Shown: positions 40,995 to 52,722, counted from the stretch's first letter. The stretch: 59,490 nucleotides of DNA from Desulfobacca acetoxidans (GCA_020722205.1 DYLF01000005.1:1-59490), one strand, 5' to 3'. Translations and numbers: made by a program. Notes: generated by a model not told the origin, from the letters alone.

Positions 40995-41279
40995 GTGGCC
41001 CGCTCTTTAAAAAAAGGTCCTTACGTTCAGGACAGTTTACTGGCCAAAGTGCTCAAGGCCAAAGAAGCTCAGGATCGCCGGGTGATCAAAACCTGGTCCC
41101 GACGCTCCACCATCACCCCCGATTTTATCGGCTTGACCTTGGCCGTGCACAACGGCAAGAAGTTCATTCCGGTTTATATCACCGAAAATATGGTGGGACA
41201 CAAGTTGGGTGAGTTCTCTCCCACCCGCCATTTCGGCGGCCATGCCGGCGACCGTAAAACCAAGGTGGGTAAGAGGTAG
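40995..41279 (+). CDS. rpsS: 30S ribosomal protein S19
   Basis: [11 protein letters not shown]...[30 protein letters not shown] start. Confidence 0.98.
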   Translation: MARSLKKGPYVQDSLLAKVLKAKEAQDRRVIKTWSRRSTITPDFIGLTLAVHNGKKFIPVYITENMVGHKLGEFSPTRHFGGHAGDRKTKVGKR

Positions 41280-41281
41280 CT

Positions 41282-41635
41282 ATGGAAATCAAGGCGCGCG
41301 CCCAACACCTGCGCATTTCCCCCTTTAAAATGCGTCTGCTGGTCCGTCCCCTGAAAGGTAAAAAGGTTGAAGAGGCCCTGAACCTCCTCGCCTTTATGCC
41401 CCAGAGAGGCGCCAGGTTAATGCGTAAAGTGGTGGAAGCCGCAGTGGCCAACGCCGAGGGCCGACCCCAGGTGGACGTCGATAACCTGTTTATTAAAAAG
41501 GTCTGGGTGGACGGCGGCCCTGTTCTTAAACGTTTTCAGCCCCGCGCCATGGGACGCGTCAATCGCATCCTCAAACGTAGCAGCCATGTCACCGTTATCC
41601 TGGACGAGAAAATTGGCAAAGGATCCCCCAAATGA
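41282..41635 (+). CDS. rplV: 50S ribosomal protein L22
   Basis: 117 aa. MEIKARAQHLRISPFKMRLLV... is L22-like. Confidence 0.97.
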   Translation: MEIKARAQHLRISPFKMRLLVRPLKGKKVEEALNLLAFMPQRGARLMRKVVEAAVANAEGRPQVDVDNLFIKKVWVDGGPVLKRFQPRAMGRVNRILKRSSHVTVILDEKIGKGSPK

Positions 41636-41669
41636 CCATCGGCTGCTTGGCTAAACAAGGAGACAGATT

Positions 41670-42323
41670 TTGGGTCAAAAAGTCCACCCTATAGGTTTTC
41701 GCCTGGGAATCTACCGCAAGTGGGACTCCGTCTGGTTCGCCAACCGTGAGTTCCCCTCCCTGGTTCTGGAAGACAAAAAGATACGTGACTTCATTAAAAA
41801 CGACCCCGACCTAAAGGGGTCAGGCATCGCTGGTTTGGACATTAAACGGGCCGCCAACAAACTCACTATTAAGATCCATACTTCCCGGCCCGGCATGGTC
41901 ATCGGCCAAAAGGGCAAAAAGATCGAAGAGCTGCGTCGCCGCCTGGAAAAACTGGTGGGGCGCGACCTGATCATCGATGTCCACGAGGTCCGCAAACCCG
42001 AGATCAATGCCCAGCTCGTGGCCGAAAATATCGCCATGCAACTTGAGCGCCGTGTCTCCTTTCGACGTGCCATGAAAAAGGCCGTCAGTTCCGCTCTCAA
42101 ATTCGGAGCCAAAGGCATCAAAATCCGGGTCAAAGGCCGACTGGCCGGTGCCGAAATCGCCCGACAGGAATGGTATCGGGAGGGCCGTGTCCCTTTGCAC
42201 ACCCTGCGGGCCTTCATCGACTACGGATTTGCCGAAGCCATGACTACTTACGGCGTCATCGGCATCAAAACCTGGATCTTCCACGGCGAAATCTTGGGAC
42301 ACGAAGAGAGAGTCACTTTTTAA
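41670..42323 (+). CDS. rpsC: 30S ribosomal protein S3
   Basis: [20 protein letters not shown]... with a KH domain. TTG start. Confidence 0.98.
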   Translation: MGQKVHPIGFRLGIYRKWDSVWFANREFPSLVLEDKKIRDFIKNDPDLKGSGIAGLDIKRAANKLTIKIHTSRPGMVIGQKGKKIEELRRRLEKLVGRDLIIDVHEVRKPEINAQLVAENIAMQLERRVSFRRAMKKAVSSALKFGAKGIKIRVKGRLAGAEIARQEWYREGRVPLHTLRAFIDYGFAEAMTTYGVIGIKTWIFHGEILGHEERVTF

Positions 42324-42408
42324 GAAGCGAGTTTTTAAAGGGCCGGCGCCGTAAAGGAAATGATCTTGTCATAATACCGAAAAAACAGAAAACAGCAATC
42401 GGATAGCT

Positions 42409-42836
<428 letters not shown>

Positions 42837-42840
<4 letters not shown>

Positions 42841-43034
42841 AAGCCGCTGACCTACGTGAACTTACCCCGGATGAACTGGCAGCCAAATTGAAAGAAGTCT
42901 CGGAAGAAATCTTTAACCTGCAATTTCAAAAGGCCACCAATCAGTTGGACAACACGGCCCGGCTGCAAATTGTTAAAAAAGACCTGGCCCGTCTGAAAAC
43001 AGTGTTGCGTCAAAAAACCGGCCAAAACTGGTAG
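42837..43034 (+). CDS. rpmC: 50S ribosomal protein L29
   Basis: 65 aa. [28 protein letters not shown]. It overlaps the rplP stop. Confidence 0.96.
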
Positions 43035-43054
43035 CCGGCATCTGAAGGATAACT

Positions 43055-43315
43055 ATGGAAACGCAACGTGGCGTGCGTAAAACCAGAATCGGCGTGGTGG
43101 TGAGCGATAAAATGGACAAAACCGTGGTGGTGGAAGTCAAACGACTGCTGGCTCACCCCCTTTATAAGAAAATTGTCCGCCGACGGAAAAAATTCAAGGT
43201 CCATGACCCCAACAACTCCTGCCAGGTGGGCGATAAAGTCCTCATCGAGGAATCCCGTCCCCTCAGCCGGGATAAACGCTGGCGGGTCAAACAGATCCTG
43301 GAAAAAGCCGAGTAG
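43055..43315 (+). CDS. rpsQ: 30S ribosomal protein S17
   Basis: 86 aa. [18 protein letters not shown]...[15 protein letters not shown]. Confidence 0.97.
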   Translation: METQRGVRKTRIGVVVSDKMDKTVVVEVKRLLAHPLYKKIVRRRKKFKVHDPNNSCQVGDKVLIEESRPLSRDKRWRVKQILEKAE

Positions 43316-43336
43316 CACCGGTTAAAGGATAAGATC

Positions 43337-43705
43337 ATGATCCAGGTCCACACTCAACTTACCGTGGCGGATAATTCCGGCGCCAAAAGGGTGTTCTGCA
43401 TCCGGGTGCTGGGAGGCACCAAACGACGCTACGCCAAGGTGGGAGATATCATCGTCGTGGCTGTCAAAGAAGCCCTGCCCCACTCCAAAGTGAAAAAGGG
43501 CGACGTCATGAGAGCCGTGGTGGTGCGCACTGTCAAAGAAACCCGTCGCCCCGACGGCTCCTATATCAAGTTTGACGAAAACTCCGCAGTGCTCATCAAC
43601 CCCCAGGGAGACCCCATCGGCACCCGCATCTTCGGGCCGGTGGCACGGGAACTCAGAGCCAAAAAGTTCATGAAAATCATCTCCCTGGCCCCGGAGGTCC
43701 TCTGA
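43337..43705 (+). CDS. rplN: 50S ribosomal protein L14
   Basis: [27 protein letters not shown]... Confidence 0.98.
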   Translation: MIQVHTQLTVADNSGAKRVFCIRVLGGTKRRYAKVGDIIVVAVKEALPHSKVKKGDVMRAVVVRTVKETRRPDGSYIKFDENSAVLINPQGDPIGTRIFGPVARELRAKKFMKIISLAPEVL

Positions 43706-43706
43706 C

Positions 43707-44066
43707 ATGGCTTGGGGAAAAATACCTAAAAAGAAACCGGAGCCACAGCGCATCCGCCTGAAAAAGAACGACATCGTCGAGGTCATCGCCGGCAAGGACA
43801 AAGGTAAAACCGGCAAGATCCTCAAAGTCCTCCGGGACAAAAACCAGGTGGTGGTGGAAAAGATCAACCTGATAAAACGACACACCCGGCCTAGCCCCAC
43901 CACCGGACAAGGCGGCATCGTCGAAAAAGAGGCCCCCCTCCAGGTTTCCAAGGTGATGCTGGTCTGTCCTAAATGCACCAAAACCTCCCGCTTCCGTCTC
44001 ACTGTTACTGCCGATGGGAAAAAGGCCAGGGTCTGCGGCAAGTGCAAGGAATTGATTGACGGCTAA
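43707..44066 (+). CDS. rplX: 50S ribosomal protein L24
   Basis: 119 aa with a KOW motif ([23 protein letters not shown]). Confidence 0.96.
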   Translation: MAWGKIPKKKPEPQRIRLKKNDIVEVIAGKDKGKTGKILKVLRDKNQVVVEKINLIKRHTRPSPTTGQGGIVEKEAPLQVSKVMLVCPKCTKTSRFRLTVTADGKKARVCGKCKELIDG

Positions 44067-44157
44067 GGGGACGAACAGCAGAAGAATATAATATTATGGA
44101 CGTAAGCTCATTTAAAACCAAGGACGCACCCAAAAATAGCAGGAAAAGAGGCTGCCC

Positions 44158-44754
44158 TTGAAACCGAAAACCGAAAGCCCAAAAAGCAAAAACGAAAATG
44201 GCGCGGCAAAGGTCACCCCGCGTTTGAAGCAATATTACCACCAGGAAGTGGTCCCCCGCTTGATGCAGGAGTTTCGCTACCAGAGCCCCATGCAGGCTCC
44301 TCGCCTGGAAAAAATTGTCATTAACTTGGGGCTGGGGGAGGCCATCCAGAACATCAAACTCCTGGAGTCCGCCGCCCAGGAACTGAGCCTCATCTCCGGT
44401 CAGAAGGCGGTGGTCACCCGGGCCCGGCAGTCCATCGCCGCTTTCAAACTGCGGGAAGGCATGCCCATCGGATGCATGGTCACTCTGCGCCGATACCGTA
44501 TGTATGATTTCTATGACAAGTTGGTGAACGTCGTCCTGCCGCGCGTGCGGGACTTCCGGGGCGTTACCGACCGCTCCTTCGACGGCCGGGGCAATTATAC
44601 CCTGGGTATTAAAGAACAGATTATCTTCCCGGAAATTGATTACGACAAGGTCGATAAAATTAAAGGCATGAACATTACCATTGTAACCACCGCCCCCACG
44701 GATGAGGAGGGCAAACGCTTACTCTCCCTTTTAGGGATGCCCTTCAGGAGATAG
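44158..44754 (+). CDS. rplE: 50S ribosomal protein L5
   Basis: The core [40 protein letters not shown] is L5. The TTG at 44158 has a GAGG SD 6 nt upstream, but its first 14 codons are a heptamer array. The in-frame TTG at 44224 would give a canonical-length (176-aa) L5. Confidence 0.9.
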   Translation: MKPKTESPKSKNENGAAKVTPRLKQYYHQEVVPRLMQEFRYQSPMQAPRLEKIVINLGLGEAIQNIKLLESAAQELSLISGQKAVVTRARQSIAAFKLREGMPIGCMVTLRRYRMYDFYDKLVNVVLPRVRDFRGVTDRSFDGRGNYTLGIKEQIIFPEIDYDKVDKIKGMNITIVTTAPTDEEGKRLLSLLGMPFRR

Positions 44755-44756
44755 GG

Positions 44757-44942
44757 ATGGCCAAAAAATCTCTCATTGCTAAAGCCAAACGCAAACCAAA
44801 ATTTTCGGTGCGTAAATACAATCGCTGCCCCATCTGTGGACGTCCCCGTGCTTTCCTGCGCCACTTCGGCATCTGCCGCCTATGTTTCCGCTCCATGGCG
44901 CTCAAGGGCGAAATCCCGGGTGTAGTTAAATCCAGCTGGTAG
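44757..44942 (+). CDS. rpsN: 30S ribosomal protein S14 type Z (zinc-binding)
   Basis: 61 aa with [22 protein letters not shown] (CxxC...CxxC). Confidence 0.97.
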   Translation: MAKKSLIAKAKRKPKFSVRKYNRCPICGRPRAFLRHFGICRLCFRSMALKGEIPGVVKSSW

Positions 44943-44961
44943 GTTCCTGTGAGGGTGACTC

Positions 44962-45360
44962 ATGAGTATGACCGACCCCATCGCTGATATGTTAACCCGC
45001 ATCCGGAATGCCGGCACAGCCGGGTTTGACAAAGTGGACATCCCTTCCTCGCGCCTGAAGGTCAGCTTGGCCAAGATTTTCAAAGAAGAAGGGTATATCA
45101 AGAATTTTAAAGTCATCAAAGACAATCGTCAGGGTATCCTGAGAGTCTACCTCAGATTCGATGAACACCGCCAACCGCTCATCCAAGGCTTGCAGCGGAT
45201 CAGTAAGCCTGGTCGCCGGGTTTATGTGGGCCATGAGGAACTGCCGCGCGTCCAGGGGGGCTTGGGAGTGGCGGTGATCTCCACTTCCAGAGGGGTTGTC
45301 ACCGACCGCTTGGCCCGCCAGCTCAAAGTCGGCGGCGAAGTTTTATGTCAGATCTGGTAG
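44962..45360 (+). CDS. rpsH: 30S ribosomal protein S8
   Basis: [17 protein letters not shown]... is the S8 signature. Confidence 0.98.
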   Translation: MSMTDPIADMLTRIRNAGTAGFDKVDIPSSRLKVSLAKIFKEEGYIKNFKVIKDNRQGILRVYLRFDEHRQPLIQGLQRISKPGRRVYVGHEELPRVQGGLGVAVISTSRGVVTDRLARQLKVGGEVLCQIW

Positions 45361-45369
45361 GGACTTGCT

Positions 45370-45909
45370 ATGTCGCGTATCGGAAAAAAACCTATCCCTC
45401 TTCCTCCCGGTGTCAAAACCAGGTGGGAAGAACGAACCCTCACGGTCGACGGCCCCCTCGGTACTCTATCCCGGGTGCTTCCCCAAGGTGTGGACCTCGT
45501 GCTTACTGACAAAGAAATTACTATCCAACCCCGGGATAGTTCCCGTCCAAACCGAGCCTCCTGGGGTCTTAGCCGCACCCTGGTAGCCAACATGGTTACC
45601 GGAGTGAGTCAGGGCTTTTCCCGTTCTCTGGAATTGCTGGGCACTGGCTATAAGGTGGAACTCAAAGGCCAAACCCTCGTCTTCAGCCTCGGCTATTCCT
45701 CCCCGGTGGAATTCTCCCTGCCGGCTGGCATCACTGCCCAAGTGGATAAGGGCAACAAAATCGAAATCAAGGGCAAGGATAAAGAACAATTGGGACAAAC
45801 TGCCGCCAACCTCAGGCGGCTCAGACCACCGGACGCCTATAAGGGGAAAGGCGTCAGATTTGTGGGCGAGAAGCTGCGCCGAAAGGTGGGGAAGGCTGGC
45901 GGCCGCTAA
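45370..45909 (+). CDS. rplF: 50S ribosomal protein L6
   Basis: MSRIGKKPIPLPPGVK... 179 aa. Confidence 0.98.
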   Translation: MSRIGKKPIPLPPGVKTRWEERTLTVDGPLGTLSRVLPQGVDLVLTDKEITIQPRDSSRPNRASWGLSRTLVANMVTGVSQGFSRSLELLGTGYKVELKGQTLVFSLGYSSPVEFSLPAGITAQVDKGNKIEIKGKDKEQLGQTAANLRRLRPPDAYKGKGVRFVGEKLRRKVGKAGGR

Positions 45910-46005
45910 CTTACAGGGAGCTATCAGGAAATAAAGCGGTTTTTGCGGTTGATCCTGATGACCACCAACAACCTGACTGGTGCTTGTTCTAATAAGGACT
46001 GAATT

Positions 46006-46374
46006 ATGGGTAAATTAAATCCCCGAGTGGCGATGCGCCTGAAACGTAAACGGCGAATCCGCAAAAAAATCAGCGGCACTGCCGACTGCCCGCGCCTCTC
46101 GGTGTTTCGCAGCGCTAAACACATTTACGCTCAGATCATTGATGATCTCCAGGGACATACCTTGGCTGCAGCAGGCACTTTGAGCCCTGAACTCCGGGAC
46201 CGTTTGACCGGCCTGAAAAAGACTGAAGCAGCACGCCAAGTGGGGGAGCTCCTGGCCCAGAAGGCAAAAACCAAGGGCATCGTCAAAGTCGTCTTTGACC
46301 GCAACGGCTTTCTCTATCATGGCCGGATCAAAAGCCTGGCCGATGGCTGCCGGGAACATGGATTATCATTTTAA
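46006..46374 (+). CDS. rplR: 50S ribosomal protein L18
   Basis: 122 aa. [18 protein letters not shown]...[27 protein letters not shown]. Confidence 0.97.
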   Translation: MGKLNPRVAMRLKRKRRIRKKISGTADCPRLSVFRSAKHIYAQIIDDLQGHTLAAAGTLSPELRDRLTGLKKTEAARQVGELLAQKAKTKGIVKVVFDRNGFLYHGRIKSLADGCREHGLSF

Positions 46375-46382
46375 GAAAGCTG

Positions 46383-46454
46383 TCAGTTATCAGCCGTCAG
46401 CTATCAGCTTACACTTTCTTTGTTAGCGCTGATTACTGAAAACTGACGGCTGAT
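46383..46454. repeat. inverted pair of 7-nt arrays, (TCAGNNN)x4 and (NNNCTGA)x4, forming a long hairpin
   Basis: TCAG at 46383, 46390, 46397 and 46404. CTGA at 46429, 46436, 46443 and 46450. A perfect 12-bp stem, ATCAGCCGTCAG (46389-400) / CTGACGGCTGAT (46443-454), plus an inner ATCAGC/GCTGAT stem. Confidence 0.85.
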
Positions 46455-46474
46455 CGCCAAAATCGGAGGTAAGC

Positions 46475-46975
46475 TTGTTCGACACTGAGGAGCCGGAAGT
46501 TCAGTTAATTGACAAAGTGGTGAGCATTAATCGCGTTGCCAAGGTGGTAAAAGGCGGCCGCCGCTTTCGCTTCAGCGCCATCGCCGTGGTGGGCGATGGG
46601 GCCGGCAGGGTGGGAGCCGGACTGGGCAAAGCACATGAAGTGCCCGAGGCCATTCGCAAGGCCATGGAGAAAGCCAAGAAAGCCATGATTCAGATCCCCC
46701 TGATAGATAACACTATCCCCTACGCCGTCCAGGGTGAGTTCGGCTCCGGCAAGGTCCTCCTCCGCCCAGCGGCCGAGGGCACCGGCGTTATTGCCGGCGG
46801 ACCCGTACGGGCGGTGGTGGAAGTGGCAGGCATTAAAAACGTCCTCACCAAGTGCCTGGGCTCTCATAACCCACACAATGCCGTCAAGGCCACCATGGCG
46901 GCTCTGAAACAACTGGCCAGCCCCGAAGCCGTGGCCCAGAGACGCCAACGCCCTCTGGCGGAGCTGGTGGGCTAG
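46475..46975 (+). CDS. rpsE: 30S ribosomal protein S5
   Basis: TTG start 5 nt after [32 protein letters not shown] is the S5 signature. Confidence 0.97.
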   Translation: MFDTEEPEVQLIDKVVSINRVAKVVKGGRRFRFSAIAVVGDGAGRVGAGLGKAHEVPEAIRKAMEKAKKAMIQIPLIDNTIPYAVQGEFGSGKVLLRPAAEGTGVIAGGPVRAVVEVAGIKNVLTKCLGSHNPHNAVKATMAALKQLASPEAVAQRRQRPLAELVG

Positions 46976-47034
46976 CAACCATTGGAAGCGGTTACTAATC
47001 CCGCCCAAACAATAGAAAGCTGGAAGTGATAACC

Positions 47035-47241
47035 ATGATTCTGGAAATCACCCTGACCAAAAGCCCGGCCGGACGGGTGCCTAAGCATCGCCGCACCATC
47101 CAGGCCCTGGGCCTCACCCGTCTCAATAAAACCGTGCGGCTCCCTGACAACCCGGCGATCCGGGGTATGCTGCGTCAGGTGGGTTACTTGCTCACCATCC
47201 GGTCAGTCCCCGCAGGAGATACTGGACATGTCTCTCGATAA
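47035..47241 (+). CDS. rpmD: 50S ribosomal protein L30
   Basis: MILEITLTKSPAGRVPKHRRTIQALGLTRLNKTV...NPAIRGML. The ATG at 47035 lies 8 nt after GGAAG. The ORF track GTG at 47026 is the alternative. The 3' end overlaps rplO. Confidence 0.92.
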   Translation: MILEITLTKSPAGRVPKHRRTIQALGLTRLNKTVRLPDNPAIRGMLRQVGYLLTIRSVPAGDTGHVSR

Positions 47242-47671
47242 CCTCTTCCCTCATCCGGGTTCTCGCCGCCAAGCCCGACGCCTTGGCCGGGGGCCTGGCT
47301 CCGGCTCCGGCAAAACCGCCGCCCGGGGCCATAAAGGACAGAAATCCCGTGCCGGCGGCGGGGTCAAACCGGGATTCGAAGGAGGGCAGATGCCCCTCAC
47401 TCGACGCCTCCCCAAACGCGGCTTCACCAATAAAGTGTTTAAAAAAGAGTGGCTCATCGTCAATCTGAGAGATCTGCACCGATTTCCCGCTGACAGTGTG
47501 GTGGACGAGAAAGCTCTGCGACAAGCCGGACTGGTGAAAGGGCAAGTTAAAAATATCAAACTCTTGGGCCTGGGTGAAGTTACCAACGCCTTGACCGTGC
47601 GCCTGCCAGCCGTCAGTGCACAGGCCAGAAAACGTTTGGAGGCCGCCGGCGGCCGCGTGGAGGTCCTCTAA
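47228..47671 (+). CDS. rplO: 50S ribosomal protein L15
   Basis: MSLDNL.PHPGSRRQARRLGRGPGSGSGKTAARGHKGQKSR. Confidence 0.97.
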   Translation: MSLDNLFPHPGSRRQARRLGRGPGSGSGKTAARGHKGQKSRAGGGVKPGFEGGQMPLTRRLPKRGFTNKVFKKEWLIVNLRDLHRFPADSVVDEKALRQAGLVKGQVKNIKLLGLGEVTNALTVRLPAVSAQARKRLEAAGGRVEVL

Positions 47672-48982
<1,311 letters not shown>

Positions 48983-49119
48983 CAAAATGAGTTTTGGCTT
49001 CCGGGTTATAAAAATATTTCGGCTGGCAACCGGCCTGGTTAACTGACTGCGCGTGGCTGTGTCTTGGAGGACCACCTGCCACAAATGGTTTGCAGAAGAT
49101 TCCTTTAGCAAATTGATAG

Positions 49120-49161
49120 CTGAAACCTGAAACTTGCAAGATCAAACCGAAAATCTAAAAC
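49120..49161. repeat. 7-nt tandem array CTGAAAC CTGAAAC TTGCAAG ATCAAAC CGAAAAT CTAAAAC
   Basis: Six consecutive units in the 197-nt secY-adk spacer, ending 6 nt before the GAGGAGG SD of adk. Confidence 0.75.
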
Positions 49162-49179
49162 CCACTTGAGGAGGCTGCT

Positions 49180-49830
49180 ATGAACCTGATCCTGTTGGGT
49201 GGTCCCGGAGCCGGCAAAGGCACCCAGGCAAAAAAACTTATCGACAAGTACCAAATCCCTCAAATTTCCACCGGCGATATCCTCCGGGCGGCAGTGAAAG
49301 AGGGCACTCCCATGGGCAAAAAAGCCAAGGAATTCATGGATGCCGGTAAACTGGTGCCCGATGAGGTGGTCATCGGCATCATCAAAGACCGCTTGGCGCA
49401 ACCGGACTGCAAAAAGGGCTTCATCCTGGACGGCTTCCCCCGCACCGTCCCACAGGCCGAAGCCCTGGACAAGGTCCTCGCCGGTCTGGGCACCAAACTC
49501 GATCATGTCGTGAGCATCGACGTCCCTGAGGAAGACCTGGTGACCCGCCTTTGCGGACGCCGCACCTGTAAAAACCCCGACTGCGGCCAGATGTATCATA
49601 TTAAATACACCCCGCCCAAAAAAGAGGGCATCTGCGACAAATGCGGCTCCGAACTCTATCAGCGGGATGACGACAACGAAACCACGGTGCGCTCTCGCTT
49701 GGCCACTTACAACCAGGCCACCCGGCCTCTTATTGACTACTATCGCGCCAAAGGTCTGGTGCGCCCCATCGCCGGAGTAGGCAGCATCGATAACATCTTC
49801 AACAAAATCGTAGGAATCTTGGGGAATTGA
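49180..49830 (+). CDS. adk: adenylate kinase (zinc-lid type)
   Basis: GGPGAGKGTQ P-loop and lid cysteines CGRRTCKNPDCG...CDKCG. Confidence 0.97.
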   Translation: MNLILLGGPGAGKGTQAKKLIDKYQIPQISTGDILRAAVKEGTPMGKKAKEFMDAGKLVPDEVVIGIIKDRLAQPDCKKGFILDGFPRTVPQAEALDKVLAGLGTKLDHVVSIDVPEEDLVTRLCGRRTCKNPDCGQMYHIKYTPPKKEGICDKCGSELYQRDDDNETTVRSRLATYNQATRPLIDYYRAKGLVRPIAGVGSIDNIFNKIVGILGN

Positions 49831-49837
49831 ACCAACC

Positions 49838-49898
49838 TCAGCTATCAGCCCGCAGTCTCAGCAAAACCGCTGACTGCTAAAGGCTGATAGCTGACTGC
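49838..49898. repeat. inverted 7-nt arrays (CAG-phased / GCT-phased) forming a compound hairpin
   Basis: CAG at 49839, 49846 and 49853. GCT at 49869, 49876, 49883 and 49890 (GCC at 49897). A 13-bp stem, TCAGCTATCAGCC (49838-50) / GGCTGATAGCTGA (49882-94), with inner GCAGT/ACTGC and CAGC/GCTG pairs and loop AAAACC. Confidence 0.85.
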
Positions 49899-49903
49899 CA
49901 AAT

Positions 49904-50650
49904 ATGATTTTACTTAAATCCCCCCAGGAAATCGCCAAGATGGAAAAGGCCAACCGTTATGTGGCGGAAATCCTGGCGGAAATTAAAGAAAGAATTCGAC
50001 CCGGAATGGAGACCCGGGAACTGGACGTCATAGCCGAAGAGGGGTGCCGTCGCCGACAGGTAAAACCAGCCTTCAAGGGCTACCGCAATTTTCCTGCCTG
50101 CATCTGTGTATCCGTGAATGAGGAAGTGGTCCACGGCATCCCAGGCCACCGCCGACTCAAAGAGGGCGATCTGGTCAGCCTGGATTTTGGAGTGCAATGC
50201 GACGGCTTCTTTGGGGACGCCGCCATCACCGTGGCCGTGGGAGAAGTCAGCTCACAGGCCCGACGGCTGATGCGGGCTACTGAAGAATCACTCTATGCCG
50301 CCATCAATCAGGTAAAAGCAGGCGAGCGGCTGTCCAACCTCTCTCATGCCACCCAAAAAGTGGTGGAGGATTACGGGTTTGCCGTCATCCGACAATTCGT
50401 GGGGCACGGCATCGGCCGCTCCCTCCATGAGGACCCACAGTTGCCCAATTTCGGCCCCCCCGGTCGGGGACCCATCATGCAAGTGGGCCTCACCTTGGCC
50501 ATCGAACCCATGACCAGTGCCGGCTCCTGGCAGGTGCGCATCCTCAAGGACGGCTGGACCGCAGTAACCAAAGACGGCAGCTTGTCAGCACACTTTGAAC
50601 ACACTGTCGCCTTAACTGAGAAGGGTGTCTTGATTTTATCTAAATTATAA
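49904..50650 (+). CDS. map: type I methionine aminopeptidase
   Basis: 248 aa with metal-ligand contexts (DLVSLDFG, FVGHGIG, LAIEPM, FEHTV). Confidence 0.96.
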   Translation: MILLKSPQEIAKMEKANRYVAEILAEIKERIRPGMETRELDVIAEEGCRRRQVKPAFKGYRNFPACICVSVNEEVVHGIPGHRRLKEGDLVSLDFGVQCDGFFGDAAITVAVGEVSSQARRLMRATEESLYAAINQVKAGERLSNLSHATQKVVEDYGFAVIRQFVGHGIGRSLHEDPQLPNFGPPGRGPIMQVGLTLAIEPMTSAGSWQVRILKDGWTAVTKDGSLSAHFEHTVALTEKGVLILSKL

Positions 50651-50824
50651 ATTATCATAAAAGTTTAAAGAAAAGGATTTTCATGCCCTACCAGCTCCTA
50701 AATATTGCTGCTTTGTTTCGTTTGATTAATCCAGTTTCTCGCCTTACCCCCGGGACACTATCATCTCCTGGGGAATTACCCTCTTTTCACGGTCAACAGC
50801 TCAAGGATCACCACTACAGACCGA

Positions 50825-51043
50825 ATGCCTAAAGAAGACGCCATAGAAATGGAAGGGAGGGTCATCGAACCTCTCCCCAACGCCATGTTCCGGGTGGAAC
50901 TGAACAGCGGCCACAGGGTCCTGGCTCACATCTCCGGTAAGATGCGTATGCACTACATCAAAATCCTGCCCGGAGACAAGGTCATCGTGGCTCTTTCTCC
51001 CTACGATCTCAGCCGAGGACGCATCATTTACCGCATCAAGTAG
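50825..51043 (+). CDS. infA: translation initiation factor IF-1
   Basis: 72 aa. [49 protein letters not shown]. Confidence 0.97.
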   Translation: MPKEDAIEMEGRVIEPLPNAMFRVELNSGHRVLAHISGKMRMHYIKILPGDKVIVALSPYDLSRGRIIYRIK

Positions 51044-51051
51044 GTGCTGTT

Positions 51052-51165
51052 ATGAAAGTACGACCATCTGTCAAGCGCATCTGTGCCAAGTGTAAGATTA
51101 TCCGCCGCAAAGGCGTAGTGCGGGTAATCTGTGAAAATCCCAAGCATAAACAAAGACAGGGTTAA
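51052..51165 (+). CDS. rpmJ: 50S ribosomal protein L36
   Basis: Not in the ORF track (37 aa). [37 protein letters not shown]. Confidence 0.93.
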   Translation: MKVRPSVKRICAKCKIIRRKGVVRVICENPKHKQRQG

Positions 51166-51183
51166 CTACGGAGGACTTTTAGA

Positions 51184-51558
51184 TTGGCCAGGATCGCCGG
51201 CATTGATTTGCCACGTCAAAAGCGCATCGACATCGCTCTTACCTATATCTACGGTATAGGCCGCAGCAGCGCCGCCAAGCTCCTGCAAGAGGCCGGGGTG
51301 GAGGGCGGCATCAAAACCGCCGACCTCACCGATGCTCAAATTACCAGCATCCGCCAGGTCATCGACTCCCATTACAAGGTGGAAGGGGACCTCAGGCGGG
51401 AAATCTCCATGAACATCAAACGCCTGATGGACCTCGGGTGCTATCGCGGCCTGAGACACCGGCGCGGCCTGCCGGTACGCGGCCAACGCACCCACACCAA
51501 CGCCCGCACCCGCAAAGGCCCCCGGCGCTCCGCCGTCGGCAGACGCAAAAAGTCCTAA
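51184..51558 (+). CDS. rpsM: 30S ribosomal protein S13
   Basis: TTG start. [26 protein letters not shown]. Confidence 0.97.
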   Translation: MARIAGIDLPRQKRIDIALTYIYGIGRSSAAKLLQEAGVEGGIKTADLTDAQITSIRQVIDSHYKVEGDLRREISMNIKRLMDLGCYRGLRHRRGLPVRGQRTHTNARTRKGPRRSAVGRRKKS

Positions 51559-51564
51559 GGAGGA

Positions 51565-51960
51565 ATGATGGCCAAGAGATCAACTGCTGGTAAAAAGAAA
51601 AAAGAACGCAAAAATATCCCCGTGGGCCTGGCCCATATCAAAGCCACTTTTAACAATACCCTGATCACTATCACCGACCCCGCCGGCAACGTCATCTCCT
51701 GGTCCTCGGCTGGTGTTCAGGGATTTAAAGGCTCCCGCAAAGGCACACCCTTCGCCGCCCAACTGGCGGCCCAGGATGCCGCTAAAAAAGCCATGGAACA
51801 CGGCGTCCGCAACATCGACGTTTATGTCAAAGGCCCCGGCGCCGGACGCGAGGCCGCTCTCCGCGCCCTCCAGGCCGCCGGCCTATCCGTCAACCTCATC
51901 CGGGATGTCAGCCCCATCCCTCACAATGGCTGTCGTCCCCCAAAAAGAAGACGCGTCTAA
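51565..51960 (+). CDS. rpsK: 30S ribosomal protein S11
   Basis: [30 protein letters not shown]. Tandem ATGs at 51565 and 51568 just after AAGGAGG. Confidence 0.97.
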   Translation: MMAKRSTAGKKKKERKNIPVGLAHIKATFNNTLITITDPAGNVISWSSAGVQGFKGSRKGTPFAAQLAAQDAAKKAMEHGVRNIDVYVKGPGAGREAALRALQAAGLSVNLIRDVSPIPHNGCRPPKRRRV

Positions 51961-51977
51961 CATAAAGGAGAATTACT

Positions 51978-52604
51978 GTGGCCAGATACACCGATGCCAG
52001 GTGCCGTCTTTGCCGCCGCGAAAAAACTGCTCTCTATCTGAAAGGCGACCGCTGTTATACCGATAAATGCGCCATGCAACGCCGCAGTTACCCACCAGGT
52101 CAACACGGCCAGGGGCGAAGTAAGATCTCTGATTACGGCTTGCAACTCCGCGAAAAACAACGCGTCAAGCGCATGTACGGCCTGCTGGAAAACCAATTCC
52201 GCAGCTACTTCCATCGGGCAGAACGGCAAAAAGGCGTCACCGGCACCAACCTCTTGACACTTCTGGAAAGACGGCTGGATAATGTGGTCTACCGCCTCGG
52301 GTTCGCCAACTCCCGCAACCAAGCCCGACAACTGGTGCGCCACAACCACATCCTGGTGGACGGACAGACAGTCAATCTGCCCTCCTTTCTGGTGAAAATC
52401 GGCCAAACTATTCAGGTCTCTGACAAAAGCAAAAACCTGCCCCTGATCCAGGATGCCCTGGAAGCCGCCGCTCGTCGTGGCTGCCCCCAGTGGCTCGAAC
52501 TAAACAAGGAAGAAGCCAAAGGACGGGTGGTCATGTCCCCCAGCCGCGACGACATCACCATGCCCATCCAGGAACACCTCATCGTCGAATTGTATTCCAA
52601 ATAG
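51978..52604 (+). CDS. rpsD: 30S ribosomal protein S4
   Basis: GTG start. [31 protein letters not shown] (zinc-type S4) and an S4 RNA-binding domain. Confidence 0.97.
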   Translation: MARYTDARCRLCRREKTALYLKGDRCYTDKCAMQRRSYPPGQHGQGRSKISDYGLQLREKQRVKRMYGLLENQFRSYFHRAERQKGVTGTNLLTLLERRLDNVVYRLGFANSRNQARQLVRHNHILVDGQTVNLPSFLVKIGQTIQVSDKSKNLPLIQDALEAAARRGCPQWLELNKEEAKGRVVMSPSRDDITMPIQEHLIVELYSK

Positions 52605-52722
52605 CTCGGAGGGTTATCAGCTTTTAATCATGATGATCTTTTCACCGTCATCTCCCTATACCTGAAAAGAATAAGCCTGATTCAAAGGAAAATATATCAC
52701 CGCTCGCCACAGCTTGTTATCT

